This document shows, piece by piece, positions 1-13,767 of a stretch of DNA of 64,000 nt. The notes beneath the pieces were generated by a model, which saw only the letters and a program-made list of their open reading frames with translations, searched no databases and had not been told where the DNA came from. How positions within the stretch are numbered: the stretch's first letter is position 1; each line of letters opens with the position of its first letter. The position numbers were made by a program, and so were the translations under genes. The stretch is from Saccostrea cucullata (Eukaryota), in contig NW_026927867.1 in assembly GCF_032062105.1 (NCBI RefSeq), forward strand, positions 186,001 through 250,000, written 5' to 3'.

Positions 1-588
1 GAACTGAGTTTTGTTTTTACTATCATTTTACTACAAAAAATACTCAGACTCTTTTTGAGTTACAACTTCTAAACTTAAGGTCAGGATCTAGTAAAGAAAA
101 GATGTCTCGGTTCAAAATTTGCATGTAAACAAGATGAAAAACCATATATTGAACAGTTATTTGCAATGAAATATTAAGAAAAATAGCCACGAATATAAAA
201 GTTTTTTTCATATATAAAGGAAATGTATCCAGATTGCCTACGGTCTCTCAGACAACCGTTATATGTATGTTCAGGGCCCCTTTTTCTAAAAGAATATCAA
301 ACTTAGATTAATATAGGTATCAGGATTACATTTAATACGATATCAATTTGAATGCCATGAAAATACCCTATTTTGTACATTAATTTCTGCTAAAACCGTA
401 ATGTAAGGGAAAAAAGATGAAATCAATTACAACGTTATAATAGGCCTAGCACCACAAAAGCACTATAAAGTCATTTACTATATCTTGACCTTAACTAAGA
501 TATGAGAATGAAGTGCTTAACAAATAATTATTTAGATTACAGGTATCAGAATAATAATGTACATTTCTCTAGCCTTTACGAAGCCTAC

Positions 589-3143
589 CTTAGCTTCGTC
601 CCATGTTAAGTATTCTTTCCCCCTGAAGTAGCAGTGTTCCTCAAAATACAGCCACCCAGGCTCGCATTCTGATACGCCCCCATGAAATAACAATGTACAA
701 TATTAGCACAACATATACAATGTTAACATAAAAATACAATACTAGCATAACAACAGCACAGTTTCATTTTTGTCACTATAAGGGTTACGACAAACAGTCT
801 AGTTTCTCTTTGCTAACTTAAATTTCTTTTCTGGTTATTGCTAATTGTAACATTTTATGATCATACAACTTTATAAGAAAATTATGGAAAAATAGCATGT
901 AAGTGTACATCCGCGGAGGTAAACAAGCGTAATTTACGTCTCTTATAATGTCATGATCTCTTTTTTTGCTATACACGTGTCTGTTAACATCCATTTCTTA
1001 AACAGGATAAATCAGTCTTGACTAAGGGACGTATTTAAATTAACTTTTGTCCGTTTTCTTAACAGATTCAAATTTTAGTCAAATTAAGTCGAAAAAACAC
1101 CTTACATTTTAGGCAGCAGATAATACACATTGTTTGACATCGCTTGTTGCCCAGAACGTTCCCCACTGTCTCTATTTAACAAACAGTGCTCTACTTCTTA
1201 CATGCAGTAACTATTTTCGGTATAGAGGAAAAAATATCATTGAATCTTACACCATTTAAACAATATTTTTATTGAAATCTAGTGTGTAATGTGACTTCCG
1301 TCCTCTTATTTCCATCTTTGATGTAAATAAACAATATCCAATCCACTTTAGAATTCCGAAGGGAGAAGTTAATCCTTACATCGCGGTTTCAAATCCAACT
1401 GTTGGATGTAGAGAACGGTCCTTCAGATAAGACCGTATAAACTAAGTTCCTATGTCGAAGTAGGTTCTGGCACGGAAAAGATACCTTTCTGCTCAATGGC
1501 CCTGAGTTCCGAGTATAGGACAAAATTTGCATGGCTTTTTGTCGCGTCTACATATGAGTGAAAAATTTTCGAGAGGACGTGCAACCAAAATACAATAAAG
1601 CAATCATGATATTTCGTTCCTGTAAAGTCTATCAACTTTGTTATTAATATATATTTTAAAATATTACAGTGATTGGAATTTCAGGTCTTCATTGATATTG
1701 TTTGTCATATATCGTTTTCAAAATAAATCTCAAAACTTGCACTTTAATCAATTTGCAATACTGTAAACGTATTACATTTGGCTGTGTATTCTTTTTAGCA
1801 TTTTTTGCGGAAAGCAATATCCGCTAATTCAAGTACGACGCTAAATGTCTCGCACATAAATCTATAAAGAAAAACATTAAGATATGCGCTTAATCAAATC
1901 CACGCTAACTTGTTCAAAATCCAGTTTCCGCCAAATATCGTACGCACTGAATATAATACATTTACAGTATACCCCGATGTCCTTTAAACGAAAACAATAT
2001 CATTTATTATATAGTTGAATATATCCTGTCTATCTCATTGTCTGAGACCCATTTATGTAGAAGAAATGCTACGTTATAATCACCTGCTTGTGACAATTCA
2101 GGTAAATATAAGGACATTGGTAAAAAATTATGTTTTTTTGATTAGTCAATTACAAATTGATAATAGCCTTTTCATTGTTACCGATTTCAACTCAACATGG
2201 GTATATATAACATTAGGGAATATAATGGGGTTGGGGGTGGTTGGGGTGAAAGGCACCTTCTTCATCCAACACCCAAATCATTTTTAAACGTATATATTCT
2301 TTAATTTAAACGTAAAATATTTGTCAAAAGAATTGTCCCCTACTAATTTACTTTAACCCCCATCCTAAATCCACAAAACCCTACACAAACCAAAAACATC
2401 TAGAATTTTTATTTAATTTTTGCAGAAACAAGTCAAATACATTTTTCAACTGTCATCAGTTGTCCACTTATAATAAATATATCCCACTTTCTTTTAAAAT
2501 TCATCCTTTCAAATGAGCAATATTACTGTATTTTTATGGCAAAAGTAGATTTGAATTTAAAAAAAAAAAAACTATGACTGTTTAGATTAAACTAACTCTG
2601 TTTCTCTAAGTGCATTTGGTTAATACTTCAGCAAATGTAAACATTTAAGATGGCATGAACTGCTCATCATTTACTGATATCATGGTATTGAAAAAGATTT
2701 TTTTCTTCAATACGGTCATTCAAACACATCTCCATGCGAACTCGGTCAATATTGTATTCTTCATATAGCTAAATCTTGGTATTGACCTCAAAAAGCAATT
2801 ATTAAATATCATTATTATATTTACCCGACCAGAACTCCCAGCCCTCATGCGCATCAAACTCCACCGTTTCACGACTTTGATATTCCATTAGTTTACACGA
2901 TTGTTGCACTTCATGGTAAAAAACACCCGAACATTTGGGGTTTCGATTTAAGCAAAATAACGAACATTGACCAAGATCTATCCCTTTATATTCATTTATG
3001 ATGAACTTGATATTTCTTGGCAATACATTGTTAAGGTACCGTTTTCTTAAATATGACTGTGCGTTCACTTCAGCGCCGCATTTTGGAAGAAACACATCTA
3101 GAACAAAGGCTATGCAGAAGATTTGTTTCATCACAATGGACAT
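589..3143 (-). CDS. CTL1: secreted PAN/apple + C-type lectin gene, partial (3' exons lie left of the window)
   Basis: Exon 1 (3143-2825) encodes a signal peptide and a 4-Cys PAN core (CSLFCLNRNPKCSGVFY...CKL), with donor GTAAAT in phase 1. Exon 2 (668-589, 80 nt) reads ECEPGWLYFEEHCYFRGKEYLTWDEAK, the start of a CTLD, with the same size and phase as in CTL2/3. Confidence 0.85.
1375..1600 (+). mobile_element. Degenerate tRNA-derived SINE copy
   Basis: Similar by eye to the reverse complement of 57870-58162 (e.g. ATATGAGTGAAAAATT-TCGAGAGGACG). Confidence 0.55.
1761..1967. mobile_element. Tc1/mariner-type MITE
   Basis: TA|CTGTAAACGTATTACATT ... AATATAATACATTTACAG|TA: imperfect TIR with TA TSD. 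Confidence 0.7.
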
Positions 3144-3643
3144 TTTAGTTGTTTAACGTATTATTCATACCCTAGTGTTGGTTTTGTATGTTTGCATAAA
3201 TAATCTAAGGAATAGGATCATCATTTAACCTTCACCGATCACAGCGGACTAAATCCTTGAAAAGAAAACAACCTTTTCCGAGTATAGTTGTATAAAATTC
3301 TAAGCAACAAATTAGCTCTATTTTTTTCATTCGCATTCTCTTTAAAGATCCTTTTTCAATTCCTTAAAAAAATTGGCAAAAATAAAAAAAGGAGAGGAAA
3401 ATTACATCTGGCTCATTTTGTTATATATTTTTTAACCGAAAATAGAAATACAGACAGTCAAGCATTTTAAACTGTTGACTTTCAAAAGGATAAACATTTC
3501 CTGCCATGTAATAGGGTATTAAATATTTATAAGATAAATTAAATATTTCTAGATCTTTTAACTGATATCGATTTTTCAAAAGAGATGATGTCTTGAATAA
3601 TTGAATGAAATTCTTTGAAAAACGTTTTCCAAGTCCCGCTTAA

Positions 3644-3746
3644 TTTTTAGCTCATCTGATCCGAAGGCTCAAGTGAGTTTTTCTTAACACAATTTGTCCG
3701 TCCAGCTGTCTATCTGTCTGTCTGGTTATAAACGTTTCACATTTTT

Positions 3747-3777
<31 letters not shown>

Positions 3778-4753
3778 TAGCCACACGTAGTACGAAGCGT
3801 CCTTTGGTGATGGGAAATTCAAATTGTAAAAATGAAGGGCCAGGTCCTCTCACAAGGATAGATAATCAATAAAAGACAAAAAATGGTTAGGTCATTAACA
3901 AATCTTTTTCTCAAGAACCACTAGGCCAGAAAAGCTGAAATATATTCGGATACCCCTCGTAGGTTGTATAGATTCTAAATTGTTCAAATCATGACCCCCG
4001 GAAAATGGCGGGGCCACAATAGGGAATCAAAGTTTTACATAGAGATATGTAGGAAAGATCTATAACATCTTCTTCTCAAGAACCACAGGACCAGAAAAGC
4101 TGAAACTTATGTGGAAGCATCTTGGTGTAGTTTAAATTCTAAATTGTTCAAATCTTGAGCTCCGGGGTTGGGCGGAGCCACAATAGGGAATCAAAGGTTT
4201 ACATATAGGAAATATCTTTAAAAATCTTCTTCCCAAGAACCACGGGGCCAGAAATGCTGAAACTAATGTGGAAGCATCCTGGTATCGTTTAGATTCTAAA
4301 TTGTTCAAATCATGACCTCCAGGGGTTGGACGAGGCCACATTAGGGAATCAAAGTTTTACATAGAAATATATAGGAAAAATCTTTAAAAATATTCTTCTC
4401 AAGAACTACTCGGCCACAAAAGCTGACACTTATGTTGAAACATCCTGGGGTAGTGTAGACTTTAAATTATTCAAATCATGACCCCCCGGAGTTGGGCAGG
4501 GCGAACGTTTGGAATCAATATTTTACGTACAAATATATAGGAAAAAAACTTTTTAATTTTCTCCTCAAGAACCACTGGACCAAACAAGCTGAAACATTTG
4601 TGGAAGCATCTTGGAGTTGTGTAGATTTTAAATTGTCCAAATTTTGACCCGTGGAGTACGATGTGGTCACAATAGGCATTACAAGGGGAAATCTTGTTAA
4701 GAATATAGCATGGTCAAAACTTCTCAGGTGAGCGATTTGGCCCATGGGCCTCT
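3644..4753 (+). mobile_element. Non-autonomous Helentron-type element carrying ~165-bp satellite-like repeats
   Basis: Starts TTTTTAGCTCATCTGA, has a (GTCT)-like microsatellite and ~5 repeats marked by TCTCAAGAACCAC. Ends with subTIR CTCAGGTGAGC plus hairpin GGCCCATGGGCC. Same family as 54795-56307. Confidence 0.8.
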
Positions 4754-7233
4754 TTTTTTTGGTCTGATAGAAAATTTTGAAAAAAAAAATTGAATAAAAG
4801 AATTATCATTTTTTGTACTCTAAAAAATGAATTTTGATATAAAATCAAAAGTTTAATCAATGAATTTAGAAAAAAATACTTTGTATTGACTAGTCCTTTT
4901 TTAACCGAAGAACAATGCCGAAACGACTGTCCGTCTGAAGAATATCCGCTTAAATTTTTTTAATTGCAATATATTCGACAGTTTATAATTAGATAAGAGG
5001 AAAATGTTATTCCGTCCACGTTGGATAAGAAAATACCAATACAATTAATCAATGACATAAATATAAACCTCTGACTTTTCAACTTTATTTACAACCATTC
5101 CTCGCTTTGAATCAAAATATTTTATACAGAATAGACAGCAGCCTTTTAAATTAAAGAGGAACTCGTAGATTTACTTAACTTGTCATTTTTTTATTTAATT
5201 CATTATCTTGTTCAAGTCAACATCTCCTAATTTCTTTGGTGGATACAATACAATACCTTCTTCAGTAAATACAAACGATAATTAGATGAGATGCTGATCA
5301 TTACTGACGTTTCTCATACTATTCGTTAGGTCATCAATTGCATGTACACACTTAATTGTCTACGAATTTTCCGTTAATTGCTGATCATGATATTAAGGTG
5401 CATGATCAACGGGTCACCAATCTGCAGGGGATCCATTTTTCTTCGTGTCATCTGATCTCGCCTATGATAATTTAGAGATCTATGTTTTCTCTGCTACTGA
5501 ATTGCATTGTTTGAATGAACTCTTCATCTTGAATACTGTTTATTATGCTCATATACATGTATTTCATCATAAAAACTGATTGAATTTGAAAAACTAATAC
5601 TAAATAACTTAACTACATAAGAATTCTTACAAACAGAAATGCATAATGTGTTCAATTAAATGATTAAACAGGCATTATTCCTTACTGCCCGCTTAAATAT
5701 AACAACGTTAAGACGTGAAATGAAATTTTAGAACAAGTCACCCCAATGAAGACAGAGGTCAAATCATTATACTAGATGACCTTAAAAAGTAAGATAAGTT
5801 GACGTATAGGGATCTTACAATTGATCAATTTCGCTTACGTAACCCAATTACATCACGAAAAAAAAATCCTGTCTACTTATTGAACTCTGATAATAAAAGT
5901 AATAGAAATAAGGTTATCGTTAAATTGAAGAAAGTATTCATAGAAAACAATGTTGCCTAGCGATGAAATATCCTTCATGCTCTGAATCGTTTATAAATAA
6001 AAAAAAAAACCAATGTTCATGAAAAATGGACAAAACATTTCAACATCAGTAGTATTTCCAATTACTTATATTATAAGAGCCTGAATGACTGTAAGATCAA
6101 TGTTCAAATTTAATATGTTTCATAAAGATCAAACTCTCCTTTTCTTCCAAACTTGGCAAAAAAATTATATGTATCCGCAAAGAATGTACATAGCTTGTCC
6201 CTTTTCCCCGAACATGAAAAGGAGCACACGGCGGACGCGACTGGTCGATAAGGGCTGCTCACTTCTCCATAACATCTGATGTTTTTTTTAATGTTAGTTT
6301 TTGTTCCGTTCTTGTTATGCATTGTTCACTGGTCTATTGAGCTCGAATATTATTCGTAATCCCTATACATTTCATTCTAACTGAATTTATGATAATGTCT
6401 TTATGACTGGTAAATCTATGTTGAAACTAGATACGTTTCCTATTTCTTTTCTGCCAAATATTTATAATTTTTGTAATGGGTTATTAAATTGGACAAAATG
6501 TTATGCTATCTAAATTTTAATATTTGGTTTTCGTGGGGGGTAGGGGGGGGGGGTGTTTCGGGCTTAAAGACTTTCAAAGAGAAGGTCCCCATCTTCGCAA
6601 TAGCATCATTTCTCAAAGTGTTTTGACTGTAAAAATATATGCACACCGGATAGAGGTATGTACATGTAGATGGTTTACGATGGTATGTTTACTGAGACCA
6701 TGAAACACACAAGCACACATTCAATTAATAAAATTGTTTAAGAGATAAAATATCACCACACGCAACATAGCAAAATATTATTTTGTTATTCAGTACATCA
6801 TTATAAACACTTTTTTATCTACTGTACTTTTAAAAGTATGGAGAGAGAGAGAGATAGAGAGAAAGAGATTTTAAAAAAATCGATACGACACTAATCCTTT
6901 TGAAAATACAGAAGTTTTTATTTAATATAATTTTATTTTCCTTTTTTATAGACAAGTAGGCTTCCTTTATCAGTTTATTTAAGTGTTAAATTTCCATCTA
7001 GAAATGACCAAACATGGGGGAAATATCTGGATTTAGAGAGGGAGTACATGTACATCTCCATGAATCTCCCCAGCAGCCCTCTTTAAAAAAAATAATAATA
7101 ACTAGATAAGATCTCGTTGCGAGCAACGAGTAGGTCTTCAGTTGATTTTCTCGATAAGATGAGAAGTGATTTTGACTGAGATATTGGTTAATAGAGAATG
7201 ACATTAAGTTTTCTTTCATTAAATTTAAAGTTT

Positions 7234-7459
7234 CTGGGTCCGACGTTATAAAACATACTTAAGTCTAAGAATGCTCTGAATTCTGAAAATTTTCTCAAAT
7301 TCAAAATTCTCAGACTCAGCGGCCCTCATAAAAAAGTTGAGAAAAATAAAAATTCCTTAAACTCTCTTTAATTCTCAAATTCTCAGCTGAGTAATTCTCA
7401 AGACTTGAGTTGAGATTTTTTTTTGAGAATTCTCAAAGTTTTATGACGGCGGACCCTGA
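7234..7459. mobile_element. Small MITE nested in the Helitron
   Basis: Imperfect TIR CTGGGTCCGACGTTATAAAAC / GTTTTATGACGGCGGACCCTG, with internal TTCTCA/TGAGAA motifs. Confidence 0.5.
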
Positions 7460-7789
7460 TTTATATCACGATATCTTGAACATCTTTTATCCAGTCTAGC
7501 TTATTAAAATACTCCCCTTTTCGAGATGTAAAGCATAAAATAAATAGAATTTTGGACCTTGCGACCCCTTATTACGTAACATATGATCAAATTTTATAAT
7601 ATATTTTTGCAAATGTAAAGAAGAAAATCTTTGCTTCTGTAATGTATCACAAAATATTATAATATATTGTTGCAAATGTTGATATCAAAGAAAGGTCTTG
7701 TGATTTCTTTTTGTTGCTTCTTGCCACCCCTACAATGTATCACAAAAAATCAATATGCATATTGTTTAAAACATTAAAAATTGCTTATC

Positions 7790-8880
7790 AAAAAGATATA
7801 AAGCGTCAAAGATTTAGCATTCTGGCCCCTTGTGACCCCTAATTACGTAACATATGATCAAAATTTTATCATATTGTTGCAAATCGTTAATATGAATATC
7901 TTTGCCTTTGTAATGTATCACAAAATATTGATCATTAAAGAGTAAAAGATGAAAGACCTCTGGCCCCTCTGAGCCCCTAATTTGACCAGTCAGCCCCTTT
8001 TTCTTCATACCAAATGAAAGGCCTTGTGATTTCAAAGACTTTTTGTTCAACACCTATTCAGAGATTTCTTTTCGTTTTGGAGATATGCTTAATAAAAATA
8101 TTTAGGGGCCACCCCTACAAGTCCTTAATGGGGCCATTTTACAAAAAATCAAAGTATGCATATTGTTTAAAACATTATTCTGACCATCTTTTGTTCAATA
8201 TTGCTTATCAAAATGTTCCCCCTTTTCGAGATATAAAGCGTCAAAGATTTAGCATTCTGGCCCCTTGTGACCCCTAATTACGTAACATATGATCAAAATT
8301 TTATCATATATTGTTGCAAATCGTTAATATGAATATCTTTGCCTCTGTAATGTATCACAAAATATTGATCATTAAAGAGTAAAAGATGAAAGACTTCTGG
8401 CCCCTCTGAGCCCCTAATTTGACCAGTCAGCCCCTTTTTCTTCATACCAAATGAAAGGCCTTGTGATTTCAAAGACTTTTTATTCAACACCTATTCAGAG
8501 ATTTCTTTTCGTTTCGGAGATATGCTTAATAAAAATATTTAGGGGCCACCCCTACAAGTCCTTAATGGGGCCATTTTACAAAAAATCAAAGTATGCATAT
8601 TGTTTAAAACATTATTCTGACCATCTTTTGTTCAATATTGCTTATCAAAATGTTCCCCCTTTTCGAGATATAAAACGTCAAAGATTTAGCATCCTGGCCC
8701 CTTGTGACCCCTAATTACATAACATATGATCAAAATTTTATCATATATTGTTGCAAATCGTTAATATGAATATATTTGCTTCTGTAATGTATCACAAAAT
8801 ATTAATCATTAAAGCGTTAAAGATGAAAGATTTCTGGCCCCTCTAAGCCCCTAATTTGAGGAGTGGGCCCTTTTTTCTTC
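7790..8880. repeat. 437-bp tandem repeat, ~2.5 near-identical copies plus a degenerate copy from ~7500
   Basis: Near-identical spurious ORFs start at 8014 and 8451 (offset 437). Confidence 0.95.
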
Positions 8881-9800
8881 ATATCATGTAAAAACTCTTG
8901 TCATTGCGCACAACTTTTGTTCAATATGTTTTAACAAATTATGAAGAGATAAGAAGATATGAAACAAAAGGTGTCAAATTTTGTGAGATGTTTCTGAGAT
9001 ATTTTTTCGGGTCCTCCCGAGCTCCGGCGCCTTTTGCGCTAGAAGGAATTTGACACCAGCCCGCAACTCTACAATTCTTCCCTTACTTTCACTGAAAATC
9101 TTAAGTCAATATCTTCAGTCGTTTCGGAGGAGTTTCCCGGACAAGCCGACCCTCTAAAAATCAGAAAATCCATAATATCTCGAGATAGAAAATGACGTCA
9201 TCGCCAAAAAAAAATTTCCAATAAGGTTCAGACAAATACCTATCAGGTATCGAGGTCCAAGAAATGTGATACACCTCGGCCCAAGGAAACCTCAAACTTT
9301 AATGCATGTAACAGTAAACTTGTTCCCACATATATCCTACAATAATCAACTCATAAACTTTTCTGAGCATCATTTCTTTGTCTTTCACTACTTTTAATTC
9401 ATATGCTTATTTAACAACACTGATCTGATACGTTGAATCCCTTACTGGTCCAGTGCATGCCGCTCCCTTTCCCCACTACAAAAAAACCCTTTGTCTCATG
9501 ATGAAATAAGTTAGTTCTTAGATTTATTACATGTATTTGAATGAAATTTTTTTTTTAAGAACTGAGTTCTTTGTTATGATTCTCTGACACTGACATACAA
9601 TTTCAGAATTTAACTGATTTGTCATTAAAAAAATAAAAGGTAGCAATTTTCTCTTCATTGCTCCGCCCTCACTAACGCCAGTAACGGTCACACCGTCTAT
9701 CAGGTCTGAAAGTTTGATGAAAATAGGATGAGCCACTACCGAGAACTCGCGTGCACAAAATCGGTAAGAATAATAATAATAGGGAAAAAGAAACAGAACG

Positions 9801-9842
<42 letters not shown>

Positions 9843-9856
9843 TAAAATAAAAAAAT

Positions 9857-10217
9857 TGGCGTAATCCTTGAGAAGTTCTTTGTTTACTTTTTTGTATATT
9901 ATATCCCAGAAGCCATTGTAACTGGCTATTACGCGTTTTCAATCGATCCGATGAAATGCCCCACCTACTCCAATTATTAATATGACACAAATAAAACCCA
10001 TTTCGAGCAAGCTCTGAGCCCCTAATTTGACCAGTCAAATCCATAATAATAAAAAAAAAAATGGCGTAATCCTTGAGAAGTTCTTTGTTTACTTTTTTGT
10101 ATATTATATCCCAGAAGCCATTGTAACTGGCTATTACGCGTTTTCAATCGATCCGATGAAATGCCCCACCTACTCCAATTATTAATATGACACAAATAAA
10201 ACCCATTTCGAGCAAGC
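9857..10217. repeat. 156-bp direct repeat (9857-10012 / 10062-10217) with a templated linker
   Basis: The two copies TGGCGTAATCC...TTCGAGCAAGC look identical by eye. Confidence 0.9.
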
Positions 10218-11164
10218 GCAATATTTCATCATCATCATCATAACTATGCATTTAGGTTTTCTATGGTTCTCCATGATTTAATGCATTGATCCCAACACAG
10301 GAAATTACTCCCAAAAACAGTAACGATTCAAAATTTATATGCCTACTACACAGTAAAACTATTTGGACACAATAAATCCTTAAGATCTTTGACGATCAAG
10401 GTTTAAGAACATAAATGTTGTGTAAATAAAATTTTAATCAAATAGATGTACGTGTTGTGTTTGAATTTTTAGTGCAGAACACTTATTTATCTCTTAAAAA
10501 GGATTCTGTCTTTATTCACCTTTTATCTTGTAGACCCTTGTCCTTTTTTATAATTGCATCATGCATGTTTTAATAGCATTTAACTATTTACATGTAAATA
10601 TTAATTGGAATTATATCTTTACTTAGAAACATGATTCTAGAATTATGTTGGTATCATTCATCCAACAACGTACCCTAGTTGATTTATTGATGTATAACTG
10701 TTGAAGAATTAAAGGCATTCTATGAAAGATTTTGTTTTTCTACCCTTAATTTTCTTTTTTAATCTAAAAACTAATCGGCAATTTTATCAACTGACAAATA
10801 TCAACGAACATTTCAACAAGTATGGACCAAGGATTACTCTGCTCTTCAACGCATGTTTTGGAAAAATTGAATGTAATGTTGGTGCATGAAATTAGTAGGG
10901 TTTTACACTTACAACTTCTAAAAACGGATTCCGCCAAAATATGACTGATATATTGTCGACTTGGCGTTAAACAATATACAATCAATCAATTATCTAAAAA
11001 CTGATTTAATTGATAATATTATTTTTCAAATAATTAGGTTTTAACAGTTCTGCAATTCTGTGTCTAGGATGATGAGTCGAAGGGTGATATAAGACTGCAT
11101 AATTATATAATGAAGACATTAATATTGTAACCTCGCTTTATCCATGAATTTGCAATATCCGTGT

Positions 11165-13767
11165 TCATACTAAAGGAGTTTTATTGTATATTTTCTCGCA
11201 TATATAAGAGTGTTGGTCAGAGCAAGGAAAATCGCCCCATTTGCCACTAGGGTACTCCATAACAACGCAGTCTTCTCGCTGTCCGAAATTATTTGGTTCG
11301 CCATCTCTCCAGTTGGTAAAATTCAATCCTGCTCTACTCCAATCCCAGATAAATTGACCATCAGTTTGTTGATCCGTGGCTCCAATCCAAATGACACAAT
11401 CTACCCAATTGACTGTACATTGTGCTACAAAATAAGATTTTGTGGTAAGTAAATCAGTTTAAACATCTATTAGATGCAGAGAGAGAGAGAGAGAGAGAGA
11501 TTTCGTATTAAAAAAAATATCAAGCTTTTTTATCAAAGATTTTATAATAAAACATATGAAGACGACATATAGTATGCAAGACCAAAAGTCCATAAAGCAA
11601 TACAAAAACAGGCGAAGAGAAAACACGAAACTCGAAAACATGAGAGATGACATCAGGTGCCATGTAGGTCCCATGTGTTCTCTATCATGATCGGGAAAGA
11701 AGGGGAAAATCCTTCCTTAACTAGTGTATAACTAACACAAACGCAGAAAATTATTAAAATTGGTACATAAGAATTTTTTTTCTCCACGATTTTCATCAGA
11801 AATGTGTCTTAATTTTTTTTTGAAAAAAAAAAAAAAACCAGACAAGTAAAGAAATTTGGCATAATTTATCTAGATCTCTTCCTTTGACCTATGTAGTATT
11901 AATAACAAGGACTCAATACTCATTTTATCGCAGAAATGAATTTATCTTTTCAAAGATGAACTTTTACATATTATATAGGGAATTTAATTTAGTGGTCAGA
12001 AAAGTACATACTCCTATCACATTCTTTATATTCTAGAGGACTATGACCACCCCATGTTGATAAAATTTTAACATAATAATTAAAGATAAAAATCTTGAAC
12101 ACAAAAAACAAATCGATAAAAGAAAAAAAAAATAAAACAGAACATGCTTTTCTTATATTTTTTTAAATGATCTCACCTGGTGTTAGTCTGCTTCTTATCC
12201 ATTCATTTTCCTTCATTGTTTCTATTTCTACCAGATAGCCACCTCGTTTTTTACAATGATCCTAAAATTTGCAATAATAAAAAATGTAATATTTTAGCAA
12301 TGTTTTGTACATTTATTGTAAGAATATTAAAAAAGTATTACCTGGTCGCGCATTGAAAAGTAAAATAAAAAATCTGTCACTTTTATACAATAAGTTTTAT
12401 CATAATGTCATCATGATATATAAGTTTTTGAACGCAAAAAAACCTACCCTAGCTTCGCTCCAAGTGATCTTTTCTTTGCTTTTAAAGTAACAGTGTTCTT
12501 GAAATGGGAACCACCCAGGATCACATACTGAAAACCCTTTGGATAAAGATAATAACTTGTCTTACTGTAAATCTTTTGACAATAGCTATTACTTCCCTTA
12601 CAATTCAAAAATAAACTCTTACTATCAATCTGTAAATTTCAATCGTTCTTTAGACTTTAAGATAACTTTTCCATGCATATCAATAGATAAAGAGTAAATT
12701 AATCGTAGTTCTTTTTGTTCGGGTTCTTTTGTACAACCGAGTTGATTTCCAGCTCTTTTCATATATAACTATTTTACAAGGTTTGATTAAAGTAAATCAA
12801 GGTAGAACATATTTTATTTAATTGATTTTTTTGTGATTTTGGACCCAACTGGAGAATTTTTCATTCATATTGTTATATCTCTACTACATGTAATCTCTCT
12901 CTACATAATTTCTTAGCCTAAAAACCCCGACATTTCGACTGTTGGGATGTTGGAATAGACTGTTCAACAAGACTGTTGCCCACTGACGTCATTTTGTGTT
13001 AAACTGTGTTATCTTTTTATTCCATTCAGGAGTATAACAAAACAGTTGTTGACAGGAGTCTCGGGAAACAGGCAAACTGTTGTCCGCGTCCTACGTACGA
13101 CTTCGAGTAAAGGCATGCAATTGCACTCCGGTCCAACAGATCAACTGTTTCCCTCTACCCCAGTCAACAAGTGTATATTGCTTTTTTATGTTATAAAGGA
13201 TATCTCACCCCGGGTCTGCAAATTAAAATACTTTCATTTCATCAATCATTTAAGACTAATTAGATCAATTAGATAATATCATTGTAGTATTTACCACACC
13301 AGCACCCCCAGATAGGATTCACATGAAATTCTACGAATTAGATATTAATTTCAATGTAATTTCGTTTTAATCTCATTGTAATACTTACCACTCCAGTAAC
13401 CCCAGCTAGGGTTAACATAAAGTTCCACCAATTCAGTGTTTTTATTTTCTAGTAGTTTACACATGCTTTGGGGATCATTGTAAAAGACACCTGCACATTT
13501 CTGATGACGTACCAAGCACCACAAAGAACATTCGGTTAAACTTATTTCTTCGAACTCATTCATGTAAAAGCTTGTATTTCCTGGAAGAAAATGATTTAGA
13601 TATTGTCTTTTCGGAAATGTCCCTTTAGATATTTTCCAACTTGACTGAAAAGGAATCATGCAAAAAACGAATACAAAAAGTAAGATTTGATTCTTAACAT
13701 CCCTCATCCTAAATTTGGGACTTGTGATTCCTCTTGTAATAATACTCTCAGACATCCCAGCATTCAT
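11165..13767 (-). CDS. CTL2: intact PAN/apple + C-type lectin (EPN motif), ~267 aa from the first ATG
   Basis: Exons 13767-13389, 12527-12448, 12261-12177 and 11424-11165; all GT-AG and in frame. Encodes hydrophobic QILLFVFVFCMIPF, a PAN core and a CTLD (CDPGW..HCY..TWSEARDHC..GYLVEI..WIGATD..GEPNN..EDC..WGDFPC..YICEK). An alternative ATG lies at 13707. Confidence 0.9.

Larger units (their letters stand above)
7100..9840 (-). mobile_element. Non-autonomous Helitron/Helentron with 437-bp internal tandem repeat
   Basis: One end has hairpin AAGGTCTTCCGTTGGAAACGGAAGACCTT (~9809-9837). The other has matching AGGTCTTC, hairpin CTCGTTGCGAGCAACGAG and CTAG (~7101-7139). Confidence 0.7.

Noticed and set aside
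7814-8714. Duplicated 65-87 aa ORFs
   Set aside because: They are translations of the 437-bp tandem repeat.
11210-11452. + strand 80-aa ORF (and its paralog 25785-26027)
   Set aside because: It is the antisense shadow of the CTL exon 4.
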